From a virus, in the IMG/VR virus record IMGVR_UViG_3300046710_000150, positions 1 through 64,000 of that record: 64,000 nt of DNA. The stretch is one strand, 5' to 3'. This document shows, piece after piece, positions 49,330-56,937 of this stretch (positions within the stretch are counted from its first letter, which is position 1; each line of letters opens with the position of its first letter). A program made the translations under genes and the position numbers. The notes under the pieces are model-generated. The model ran no database searches, was not told the DNA's origin, and saw nothing but the letters and a program-made list of their open reading frames with translations.

Positions 49330-50499
49330 CTAGCCTTTCACCACCCCCACCGGGTAGAGCTTCATGGTCGAAGTCACGAGATCGGTCGAGTCGGCCATGA
49401 CCAGCTCGATGTCCTTGTAGGCGATGGAGGACTCGTCGATGACAGAGGTGCGATCCGGCGTCACGAGAGTCACGTGGGCCTCGGCCATCTGGGTGTCCAT
49501 GGCGGCGAGGTTGGTCATGCGGCGGGTGTCACCCCGGCTCCGAGCGCGGCCAGCGCCGTGCTGGCAGCTCGAGAAGCTGTCTGCGTTGCCATGGCCCATC
49601 CCGACGTAGCTCGCGGTCCCCATGGAGCCCGGGATCAGCACCACATCCTCCACACCGGCCTTGACCGCTCCCTTGCGGTGGACGATGCCGTTCCGGCCCC
49701 AGTGGTTCTCCCACGCCGCGTAGTTGTGGTGGATGTCGACCACCTGCCATGCCTTGGCGTCGAAGATGCGCCCGAAGGCGGAGACCACCTTCCCGGTCAT
49801 CCGGCGGCGGTTCTCCTCGGCCCAGCGCATCGCCTGCTCCATGTCGTTGAAGTAGCCCTGCGCCTCCTCGGTCTCCCACGGAAGGTAGGCCAACTCCTTG
49901 TCGGGGAGCTTGGAGAACCAACGCTGGTTCAGCATGAGGGCGACCTTGTGCCACATGTCACAGGTCTTCTTGCCCACCGAGCGCGAGCCGGAGTGCAGCA
50001 TGAACCAGATCCGACCGTCCTCGCTGCGCTGCAGCTCCAGAAAGTGGTTTCCTCCCCCGAGCGTCCCGAGCTGGACCTCGGCGCTCTCCATCGCCATGGC
50101 GCAGACGCCCGACACGGATCCGACGGGCTCGAAGGGCTCGACCTCGGGCGAGCGGTGCTGGGCCGCAGGGCCGTTCCCCACGGGGACGTCACGCAGGATC
50201 TGCTGCAGGAAGGCCGGGACTTTGTCCTCGAGCTGATCCACGACCATGTCGGTCTCGATCAGGGTCACGCCGCAGCCAATGTCGACCCCCACCGCGTAGG
50301 GGACGACGGCCTTGTCAGCGAACAGGACTCCCCCGATGGGCATCCCGTAGCCCGGGTGGGCATCCGGCATCAGGGCGATCCACTTCTGGGCGAAGGGGAG
50401 CTGCGAGAGGTTGATCGCCTGCTTCCACGCGACCTCTTCGATCTGGGACGCCCAGCTCTTCACCGGGATCCCATTATCGACACGGACTTCGTTCACCAT
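49330..50499 (-). CDS. rtcB: RtcB-family RNA ligase
   Basis: ATG at 50499. Motifs: LMPDAHPGYGMPIGGV, GVDIGCG, LGGGNHFLELQ, LHSGSRSVG, HHNYA, VHRKGA, LIPGSMGTASY, SSCQHGAGR. Confidence 0.9.
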   Translation of the reverse strand: MVNEVRVDNGIPVKSWASQIEEVAWKQAINLSQLPFAQKWIALMPDAHPGYGMPIGGVLFADKAVVPYAVGVDIGCGVTLIETDMVVDQLEDKVPAFLQQILRDVPVGNGPAAQHRSPEVEPFEPVGSVSGVCAMAMESAEVQLGTLGGGNHFLELQRSEDGRIWFMLHSGSRSVGKKTCDMWHKVALMLNQRWFSKLPDKELAYLPWETEEAQGYFNDMEQAMRWAEENRRRMTGKVVSAFGRIFDAKAWQVVDIHHNYAAWENHWGRNGIVHRKGAVKAGVEDVVLIPGSMGTASYVGMGHGNADSFSSCQHGAGRARSRGDTRRMTNLAAMDTQMAEAHVTLVTPDRTSVIDESSIAYKDIELVMADSTDLVTSTMKLYPVGVVKG

Positions 50500-50996
50500 T
50501 TCCGGTTCTCCTCCCAGTGGTAGGCGAGCACCCAGTGACTGCAGCCCTGATAGCACTCGGCTGGATCCTCGTGGCGCTCGTAGCAGAGATTGGTCCTCAC
50601 TTTGCCCTTGTAGACGAGAGTGCCGTCGTCTGGGATTGAATACGAGAGACAGCCCTCCACGATGCCGCGAGCCTGCAGGTACGGGATGGTGGCAGGAACC
50701 CACCAGTCCCCGTCCTCGTTGAGGTACGGGCCCAGATCATTCGGGAAGCCCAGACCATTCGGGAAGCCCAGACCATCGGTGGCCGTGACTCCTACCGCTT
50801 CGAGCGCGGGTCGATCCATCATTCGAGCTTGATCCTCACATCCACTTCCCCGTCGGTGAGGTTGAAACCGACGTACTTGACCTTCCCTGACGTCCAGCCC
50901 AAGCTGGGCAGCCATCGCCTCGAGTTCGGCAACCTCACCCTCGAGTGTCGCCACTTGGGGAGCGAGGGCCTCGTACCGCTTCTTCCACTTGCTCAC
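50493..50996 (-). CDS. hypothetical protein (N-terminal 30 aa duplicated in 51118..51414)
   Basis: GTG at 50996 with AGGAGG nine nt upstream. Contains the tandem GLGFPN GLGFPN. Confidence 0.65.
   Translation of the reverse strand: MSKWKKRYEALAPQVATLEGEVAELEAMAAQLGLDVREGQVRRFQPHRRGSGCEDQARMMDRPALEAVGVTATDGLGFPNGLGFPNDLGPYLNEDGDWWVPATIPYLQARGIVEGCLSYSIPDDGTLVYKGKVRTNLCYERHEDPAECYQGCSHWVLAYHWEENRKW
50738..50773. repeat. 18-bp tandem duplication x2 (cattcgggaagcccagac)
   Basis: Exact adjacent copies at 50738-55 and 50756-73, encoding GLGFPNGLGFPN. Confidence 0.85.
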
Positions 50997-51121
50997 TTCG
51001 CCTTGGCCTCCTGCTCGTGAAACTTCCTGATCAGCTCCTGAAGCGCCTCCTCGACCGTGCTGCCAAGTCCCTCTATCGGCTGATTGCTGACCTCCCAGCT
51101 CGCGTTGTAGGGATCGGCTAT
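50906..51121. repeat. 216-bp perfect direct repeat, copy 1
   Basis: Identical base for base to 51324-51539 (offset 418 bp). Spans a gene 3' end remnant, an SD and the first 30 codons of the next gene. Confidence 0.9.
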
Positions 51122-51414
51122 AACCCCAGCCGCTTCATCGTCTCGGACCAGACGGCGAGATCGAACGTCATCCCGTCATCGGTCGGCTCGGCCCCGGGGA
51201 ACTTCTTCTCGTAGGCCGCCGAGAGGTACTCGGCCTCCTCCCCGACGATGCGGGTCAGGGTGTCCTCGTCGACGATCTTCGCGTCGAGAAGGATCTTGGT
51301 CAGGGCGTTGACCTCGGCTCGCAGGGCAGCCATCGCCTCGAGTTCGGCAACCTCACCCTCGAGTGTCGCCACTTGGGGAGCGAGGGCCTCGTACCGCTTC
51401 TTCCACTTGCTCAC
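51118..51414 (-). CDS. hypothetical coiled-coil protein
   Basis: GTG at 51414 (GTGA overlap with the upstream stop). VSKWKKRYEALAPQVATLEGEVAELEAMAA is identical to the start of the 50493..50996 product and then diverges. Confidence 0.6.
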   Translation of the reverse strand: MSKWKKRYEALAPQVATLEGEVAELEAMAALRAEVNALTKILLDAKIVDEDTLTRIVGEEAEYLSAAYEKKFPGAEPTDDGMTFDLAVWSETMKRLGL

Positions 51415-51539
51415 TTCGCCTTGGCCTCCTGCTCGTGAAACTTCCTGATCAGCTCCTGAAGCGCCTCCTCGACCGTGCTGCCAAGTCCCTCTATCGGCTG
51501 ATTGCTGACCTCCCAGCTCGCGTTGTAGGGATCGGCTAT
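51324..51539. repeat. 216-bp perfect direct repeat, copy 2
   Basis: See copy 1. Confidence 0.9.
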
Positions 51540-51833
51540 CGCCTGCCACTTGATCCCTTCGGGCAATCTCCACGGACCCACGATCTTGATCCGGCCATGG
51601 TCGAAATGGCGCGAGAGCGGGCCCTTGACGTTGATCATCAGCACCGCTTCTTGCAGGAGGGACTCGAGGGGTGAGAGGCGAGCATTCAGGTCGACCTTGA
51701 ACTGCTCGAAGACAGCTCCGCGAATGATCTCCCACTTGATCTGGGGGATCTGCTGCAGCAGGTGGTCCTTCGTCCAGTGATCACCGCCACAGGTCTTGCA
51801 CATCTCCCACGGCGGGGTGAGGGGATCAGTCAT
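51411..51833 (-). CDS. hypothetical protein
   Basis: ATG at 51833 (ATGA overlap). MTDPLTPPWEMCKTCGGDHW... The ORF-track 239-aa version fuses it to upstream out-of-frame sequence. Confidence 0.6.
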   Translation of the reverse strand: MTDPLTPPWEMCKTCGGDHWTKDHLLQQIPQIKWEIIRGAVFEQFKVDLNARLSPLESLLQEAVLMINVKGPLSRHFDHGRIKIVGPWRLPEGIKWQAIADPYNASWEVSNQPIEGLGSTVEEALQELIRKFHEQEAKAK

Positions 51834-52130
51834 CGGTACTCCGTCGCTCTCCACTCGCGGATCGAGGTCAAGGGGATGTGACGGCGCTCGTCGTCGTAGC
51901 TCACCTTCAGGTGCAGGATCCCGTCCCTGACCCACGGCTCCCCGAGGCACTCGATCTTCGTCTGGCTCCCGTCCAACCAGATGACCCAGACTGCGGTGGT
52001 CACGAACGGCCTCCGACTCCCCATCCCCACGAAGACGGGTTCCAAGCTGCCACCCGGCAAAGACCGAGCGCCACTTGCAGAGCCGGTTCAGGCTGGCACG
52101 GGCCGCATAGGCAATGAGCGGATCGGTCAT
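51830..52130 (-). CDS. hypothetical protein with apparent +1 frame break near 52038-52062
   Basis: ATG at 52130 (ATGA overlap) opens a GC3-rich frame for ~28 codons. The GC3 signal then moves to the frame of ORF 51830..52060, which carries the stop. Confidence 0.4.
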
Positions 52131-52378
52131 CTCGTCCTCGTGTTCGTCTCGGGCAACTTCTGCAGGATGGCGTCCCGCTGCTGCTGGGTGAGCTTCCCGA
52201 TCACGTCATCCCCCGGCAGGTAGTGATACCCGCTGACGCCCTTGTACTCCTTCACGGTGGCTCTCCCGTCTTCGATCACGATCAGCGCGGTAGCGTCCTT
52301 GCCGTTCGCGAGGTCCACCCCGAGCTTGGCTCTCCGGTTCCGCTGGTACTCGGTGTTCTGCTCCTTGGTGCGGGCCAT
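52127..52378 (-). CDS. hypothetical protein
   Basis: ATG at 52378 shares one nt with the upstream stop (TGATG-type overlap). MARTKEQNTEYQRNRRAKLGV... Confidence 0.6.
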   Translation of the reverse strand: MARTKEQNTEYQRNRRAKLGVDLANGKDATALIVIEDGRATVKEYKGVSGYHYLPGDDVIGKLTQQQRDAILQKLPETNTRTR

Positions 52379-52578
52379 CAGACCTCCTTGTCCAACCAAC
52401 TGATCCGGTTCTGGATGTACCCGAGACGCTCCTCGATGGCGAGCAGGGCGTAGACCTTCGCCATCTCCGCGTACAGGCGCATTGCCTCGATATCACGCTG
52501 GGTCATCGGGCGCGCCACCCGCTCCTCGATGGTCTCGACCATGGATCGGGCGTGGATGCGGTGCTCGACGAAGCTCAT
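52378..52578 (-). CDS. hypothetical protein
   Basis: 66-aa ORF. Confidence 0.55.
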   Translation of the reverse strand: MSFVEHRIHARSMVETIEERVARPMTQRDIEAMRLYAEMAKVYALLAIEERLGYIQNRISWLDKEV

Positions 52579-52799
52579 GGCTTCTCCTTCAGGAACGCCT
52601 CGAGAGCCGCGAGCCCCTCCTCATCGAGAACAGTCTCCACGCCGTCCTCGATATTCAGGTGCAGCTCCCTCACCTGCTCCGACTTCGGCAGCTCGGTCCC
52701 CAGAGGGCGCATCTCGAGGATCAGGTTGTTGTAGGCGCGGTCCCTGTCGATCAGGGCTCCGTCGATCTCGGCGTGGACAGATCTCCACGAAGTTCGCAT
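52575..52799 (-). CDS. first gene of leftward block, hypothetical
   Basis: ATG at 52799 directly preceded by GGAGGTCAAC. The ORF-track N-terminal extension is just translation of the 11-mer repeats. Confidence 0.6.
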   Translation of the reverse strand: MRTSWRSVHAEIDGALIDRDRAYNNLILEMRPLGTELPKSEQVRELHLNIEDGVETVLDEEGLAALEAFLKEKP

Positions 52800-52818
52800 G
52801 TTGACCTCCATGTTGCAC

Positions 52819-52871
52819 GTGTTACATCCGGTGTTACAGCCGGAGGCCGTGTTACAGCCGGTGTTACAGCC
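52819..52871. promoter_or_regulatory. four direct 11-mers GTGTTACA(G/T)CC (iteron/operator-like)
   Basis: Copies start at 52819, 52831, 52849 and 52861 (spacing 12/18/12). They lie in the leader of the leftward operon, downstream of a TACATT -10-like hexamer on the minus strand. Confidence 0.7.
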
Positions 52872-53417
52872 ATGGTAGACGGGGGCACCGGAAATGTACA
52901 GCCACATCTGGTTCATGTTGGGTATGAGTCAGGTGGTCAGGTGCAATATTTCGACGCCGCTCGACACCCCCGCTCAGTCCTCTGGACTTCGACGACCGGG
53001 GGCCGTCGGCATACTCCCCCGGAGTATCGCCAGCCGCGCTGCGCTCACGCTCGGCTGAGCACGACAGAAGCGCCGTCCAGCGTGCCCCCAGACGCTCTAG
53101 GAGCCACGCAGAGCCACGATCCACCACGAACGGGTATGCGGGCATGGCACGGGTCGAAGAGGGGATGTGCAGAAGGAGGGGGTGCGGCGGCGCAACCCTA
53201 CGCACCCGCTCGCCGACGGAGGCGTGGGACACCATGGGACAAGGGGTAGACGAGGGTGACGTGGCTGGGTGCGGCGCTTCCCTGAGGGCACCTTGAGGGG
53301 TGGCGGCCGAGGTAGGGCGGATAGCAGGGATGGTGACCATGCCCTGAGCGTGGGGGTGGGGATGCGGCGATCCACGTCACGCACGATGCGCTCAACACGT
53401 TCCCCACTCGTGGGGGA

Positions 53418-53446
53418 TTGACAGCCCAACACGATCCGTCCAGCAT
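53418..53446 (+). promoter_or_regulatory. weak candidate rightward promoter
   Basis: TTGACA (53418-23), 17-nt spacer starting gCCCAACAC, then CAGCAT. The -10 is poor. Confidence 0.25.
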
Positions 53447-53708
53447 CTGGGGTGCAGGGACGCTGCCCGGAGTACCAGATCCGCAGTCGAAGGAGGTCGC
53501 GAGCCGAGAGCCACCACCGCCCCCATTGGCCCGTCGTGAGACGCAGCCGCTCACAGTCGCGACGATGCGCGAACTGGCCCGCAAGGCCCACCCGCCCACC
53601 GCCGGACACGAACCCCGACACCAGCAGGGCCGCCCCCGCACCCGTCACCCGGGTGTCTGGGCAGTGCCTGAGAAGGTCTGGCAGATCGGACGCTGATCCA
53701 TTCGCCAC

Positions 53709-53769
53709 GAGCCGCCGACATGCTCTGCGGCTCTGGCGAGCGGAGGAGCCGCTCACATGGAGGTCAACC
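53709..53769 (+). promoter_or_regulatory. conserved structured leader, copy A
   Basis: GAGCCGC(1)-11 nt-GCGGCTC(2)-tgGCGAGCGGAGGAGCCGCTCA-ca-CATGGAGGTCAACC. Elements 1:2, 2:3 and GAGCGG/CCGCTC can pair alternatively. Near-identical to 54630-54687. Confidence 0.6.
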
Positions 53770-53844
53770 ATGAGCCTGTTCCTGTTCCTCGCCGTGATGG
53801 TGCTCCTCGTCGCGAGCGCCCTCATGCAGACCGAGATCGACTGA
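53770..53844 (+). CDS. 24-aa transmembrane peptide
   Basis: ATG one nt after GGAGGTCAAC. MSLFLFLAVMVLLVASALMQTEID, with GC3 near 100%. The overlapping MEVNHEPVP... frame has low GC3. Confidence 0.6.
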   Translation: MSLFLFLAVMVLLVASALMQTEID

Positions 53845-54620
53845 TGACCTGCCGCGAGGCCATCGTCGACGGTCAACTCGCCGATCTCTGGCAGGCAGAG
53901 GCCAAGACCGCCGACCAGATCCGGCGCGACATCAACTACATCCACGAGGCGCTGGGTGAGCGCCGCCCGCGCCGCCCCGACTGGACCGAGGGTGAGTGGC
54001 CCACCACGCTGTCGGAGGCCGTGAACGCGGCCCGCACGCTGGCTGGCAAGGCTCGCCACGACCGCGACTACGACAAGTACACGCAGGAGACGTGGGCAGC
54101 GATCAAGGCCGAGGAGCGGCTCGCCGCCTACGACGAGGACGTGATCCACGCTCACGGGCTGCGCGCCCAGTCTCAGCCGCTTGAGGCCGAGTACGAGGCC
54201 GTCCGGTGGAGCCGGTTCTTCCTCGTGGTCAACGCCAACGGCCACATCCATCGCAACATGCACTGCAGCACCACGTTCCCCACCACGCTGTGGGCGTGGC
54301 TGCCAGACCTGTCTGGCCTGACCGAGGCAGACGCGGTGCAGGCCGAGGGCACGCGCCTCTGCAGCGTGTGCTTCCCCTCCGCGCCGGTCGAGTGGACCGT
54401 GGGCCTGCCGCCCAAGGTCGACCCGCTGCGCTGCCCGGGATCCGGTCAGCCGGTCAAGGGCGTCGAGCGCGAGTACACCCTCCGCAACCCGCGCACGGGT
54501 GAGACGCGCAAGGCCACCACGATGGACCTGTTCTGCCCCGTCTGTGGGCAGCGGGCCACCGAGACCCGGATGGGCGACACCCGGGTCCATCGCTCGCCCA
54601 AGGTCAAGAAGGGTTCCTGA
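53844..54620 (+). CDS. hypothetical Cys-containing protein
   Basis: ATG at 53844 (TGATG overlap). 258 aa. HCSTTFP...CSVCFP...CPGSG...CPVCG. Confidence 0.65.
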   Translation: MTCREAIVDGQLADLWQAEAKTADQIRRDINYIHEALGERRPRRPDWTEGEWPTTLSEAVNAARTLAGKARHDRDYDKYTQETWAAIKAEERLAAYDEDVIHAHGLRAQSQPLEAEYEAVRWSRFFLVVNANGHIHRNMHCSTTFPTTLWAWLPDLSGLTEADAVQAEGTRLCSVCFPSAPVEWTVGLPPKVDPLRCPGSGQPVKGVEREYTLRNPRTGETRKATTMDLFCPVCGQRATETRMGDTRVHRSPKVKKGS

Positions 54621-54629
54621 CTCTCACGC

Positions 54630-54687
54630 GAGCCGCTCACGGGCGGCTCTCGCGAGCGGAGGAGCCGCTCAGGCATGGAGGTCAACC
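54630..54687 (+). promoter_or_regulatory. conserved structured leader, copy B
   Basis: GAGCCGC-tcacgg-GCGGCTC-tcGCGAGCGGAGGAGCCGCTCA-gg-CATGGAGGTCAACC. The first hairpin sits directly after the stop at 54620. Confidence 0.6.
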
Positions 54688-55650
54688 GTGGGACACGGGA
54701 TGGACATGACTCAGGAGGAGGTCCACGCCCTGTACGCCAGCATCGTCGCCGAGCACCGGTCGTACCCGTGCATCTGGCCGAGCGGCTGTGATCAGGTGAT
54801 CGAGTATCAGGACAACACCTACTGCCCCGAGCACATGGTGGCGGTGCGCGCCATGTACGACGCACCGTTCGTGGGCGCAGGGCTGGAAGCCCCCACCCGT
54901 GGGCGCAAGGCCGCTGACATGAGCCCCGAGGCGGTCGAGGCTCGCAAGGTGGCGAAGGCACGCGAGGTCGAAGCCATCGCATGGGTCGCGGCCTACACCG
55001 GGTCGTGGGGCCTGCCGCTGGACATCCGCGCCAGCGAGCGATGGGGCACCAAGTACATGCACCTGAGCGAGAAGCAGGTGGATGCGCTCATCGCGGGCAA
55101 GGCTCGAGATGCCGCACGCGCAGCCGAGGCTGCCACGCTCGTCGACGACCCGCTCGTGCTCTGGCTCAAGGGCCTGACGGGCCACATGGGTGGCTTCCTC
55201 GCCAGCCTGCAGGAGCAGGCGCAGCGTGGACGCACCCTGAGCCCTCGCCAGCGCGAGGTAGCCCAGCGGATCATGGACGAACAGACCGTTCGCCCTGAGG
55301 CCCCCAGCGGCCCCGTGCAGCCTGCTGCACCGGTCTCCGAGGGCATGTACCGCGACCCCCAGACCGACACGATCTGGAAGGTCGTGGTGGCCGTCCACGG
55401 CTCCGGTCGCCTGTACGCACAGCGTCTGGTGGCTGGGACGAAGACCGTCGGCGATCTCGCCATCCCCGAAGGGCACTTCGAGTACGACGGCGGTGCCATC
55501 CGCCGGATCAATCCCGCGTGGCGGCTCTCTCTCGAAGAGGCCAAGACGCTGGGCAGCCTGTACGGGTTCTGCGTCCGGTGCGGGGCAACCCTCACCGATG
55601 ACGTCTCGATCAAGGCCGGGATCGGCCCCATCTGTGCGAAGAGGTTCTGA
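54688..55650 (+). CDS. hypothetical protein with DUF6011-like C-terminus
   Basis: GTG one nt after GGAGGTCAAC. The C-terminal GFCVRCGATLTDDVSIKAGIGPICAKRF matches the DUF6011 pattern seen in actinobacterial phages. Confidence 0.65.
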   Translation: MGHGMDMTQEEVHALYASIVAEHRSYPCIWPSGCDQVIEYQDNTYCPEHMVAVRAMYDAPFVGAGLEAPTRGRKAADMSPEAVEARKVAKAREVEAIAWVAAYTGSWGLPLDIRASERWGTKYMHLSEKQVDALIAGKARDAARAAEAATLVDDPLVLWLKGLTGHMGGFLASLQEQAQRGRTLSPRQREVAQRIMDEQTVRPEAPSGPVQPAAPVSEGMYRDPQTDTIWKVVVAVHGSGRLYAQRLVAGTKTVGDLAIPEGHFEYDGGAIRRINPAWRLSLEEAKTLGSLYGFCVRCGATLTDDVSIKAGIGPICAKRF

Positions 55651-55937
55651 TGAACGCCTACCAGCCGCGCCTGTCCACGGTCCAGTTGCTGGCCGACATC
55701 AAGCGGCTCCCCCGCGTGACCGGAGCGCGGATCGTGGCCCCCACCCACGGCACCCATCCGGCTCCGGCTCGCATCCGGGTCGAGTCGAACCGCACCCGCT
55801 ACCTGAGCCTCGCCGAGGCTCGCGTCCTGACCATCCCCCAGACCGTGACCACCGTCGGTGGTCGCGAGATCGTGATCGCCCCCACGGGTGACTTCGACGC
55901 ACTGGGCAACCCCGTCTACGCAGAGGTGTCGAAGTGA
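55650..55937 (+). CDS. hypothetical protein
   Basis: 95-aa ORF with TGATG overlap. Confidence 0.6.
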   Translation: MNAYQPRLSTVQLLADIKRLPRVTGARIVAPTHGTHPAPARIRVESNRTRYLSLAEARVLTIPQTVTTVGGREIVIAPTGDFDALGNPVYAEVSK

Positions 55938-56203
55938 TCGGATCCATTCTCCTGTGCGACCGCTGCGGCGATACCGGCGGCGCTCGCGCATCCGGCTCCG
56001 GGCGCGAGTCTCGGCTGGCTCGCAACCGGGGCACCATCCGCCGGGTCAAGTTGGGGCGCACGTTCCACAGCGGCAGCACCCGGACGAGCCTCAGGTCGCT
56101 CGACCTGTGCAAGCGGTGCGACCGTCCTGACGTCATCGCCGAGGCCCAGACCCGGCAGGAGAGCCACGCGAACCGCTTCGGTGATCGCTTCGTGAGAGCC
56201 TGA
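55934..56203 (+). CDS. small CxxC...CxxC protein
   Basis: GTG at 55934 (GTGA overlap). LCDRCG...LCKRC. Confidence 0.55.
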   Translation: MIGSILLCDRCGDTGGARASGSGRESRLARNRGTIRRVKLGRTFHSGSTRTSLRSLDLCKRCDRPDVIAEAQTRQESHANRFGDRFVRA

Positions 56204-56212
56204 CGCTCGCCA

Positions 56213-56231
56213 GTGCCACCTTGGGTGGCAC
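56213..56231 (+). terminator. perfect 8-bp stem-loop after stop at 56203
   Basis: GTGCCACC ttg GGTGGCAC. No U-tract. Followed by the GGAGGTCAAC element. Confidence 0.45.
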
Positions 56232-56271
56232 GGGTGAGCCCCAGACTGGGACTCAGATGGAGGTCAACCAC

Positions 56272-56436
56272 GTGTGCGAGAAGCACGGCACCACGTTCCA
56301 CGTCGTGTGCGGCGAGCCCATGTGCGGCATGTGCTTCGCCGAGGAGTTCCTCGGCCCCGAGCCCACCCGCAGGCAGCGGCCCCCCAAGGTCAAGGTCGAG
56401 ATGAAGATGCGGCACCACCGGGTGAGCAGGCACTGA
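56272..56436 (+). CDS. small Cys-rich protein
   Basis: GTG three nt after GGAGGTCAAC (an in-frame ATG at 56257 is also possible). VCEKHGTTFHVVCGEPMCGMCF... Confidence 0.5.
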   Translation: MCEKHGTTFHVVCGEPMCGMCFAEEFLGPEPTRRQRPPKVKVEMKMRHHRVSRH

Positions 56437-56437
56437 C

Positions 56438-56656
56438 ATGAAGACCAAGACCTACCGGTTCACGGTCCACATCAACCCAGCCCGCGACATGCCGGGGTTC
56501 CTCGACATGCTCCGATACGACGGGGCCACGGTCGCCGACTGGAACGGCTTCCCAATCGACCGGTTCCGTGTCGTCCTGACCGGCCCGCGCTGCACGCCTG
56601 ACCGCTGGGAGTCATTCGGGCTGCGCGTCCGCGACATCGAAGAGGAGATCCGGTGA
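56438..56656 (+). CDS. hypothetical protein
   Basis: 72-aa ORF. ATG two nt after the upstream TGA. Confidence 0.6.
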   Translation: MKTKTYRFTVHINPARDMPGFLDMLRYDGATVADWNGFPIDRFRVVLTGPRCTPDRWESFGLRVRDIEEEIR

Positions 56657-56937
56657 GCGTGACCACCGTGCGCTACGACAACATGCCCGGGCAGCCCTTC
56701 GGGGCCGAGCCCACCCCCGACCACCCGTTCGTCGTGATGATCTACGAACGGCCCTGCATCTCGGGCTACGGCCCTCACGAGCACGTCCGCGAGGGCGTCC
56801 GCAACGGTCTGTCCTTCGAGACGGCCAACGATGCCCGCGCCTACGCCTTCGATCTGGCGGGACGCTGGTTCGGCTTCGACCACTGGGCCGTCGTCAACCA
56901 CCTGACCGGCAAAGACTTCACGGAGGCGGCCAAGTGA
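56653..56937 (+). CDS. hypothetical protein
   Basis: GTG at 56653 (GTGA overlap). 94 aa. Confidence 0.6.
   Translation: MSVTTVRYDNMPGQPFGAEPTPDHPFVVMIYERPCISGYGPHEHVREGVRNGLSFETANDARAYAFDLAGRWFGFDHWAVVNHLTGKDFTEAAK

Noticed and set aside
52819-52871. Short spaced repeats as a possible mini-CRISPR array.
   Set aside because: The repeats are only 11 bp with spacers of 1-7 bp. There is no leader or cas context and the length is far below that of CRISPR repeats.
52800-52916. N-terminal extension of ORF 52575..52916 with a curious GCNTGCNTASGCNTGCNTCN peptide repeat.
   Set aside because: The peptide repeat is just the translation of the four GTGTTACAGCC DNA 11-mers. A much better start (ATG 52799, directly after GGAGGTCAAC) lies downstream.
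52864-53340. 158-aa minus-strand ORF and the overlapping 52482..53249 plus-strand ORF in the divergent region.
   Set aside because: Intermediate GC3 (about 70-75% against over 90% in real genes here), no SD, and Pro/Arg/Ser-rich translations. Treated as non-coding, with low certainty.
53418-53696. Possible small plus-strand gene (MRELARKAHPPTAGHEPRHQQGRPRTRHPGVWAVPEKVWQIGR).
   Set aside because: About 77% GC3, but no SD at a usable distance from any start codon and a low-complexity sequence. Left unannotated and mentioned under the non-coding-region finding.
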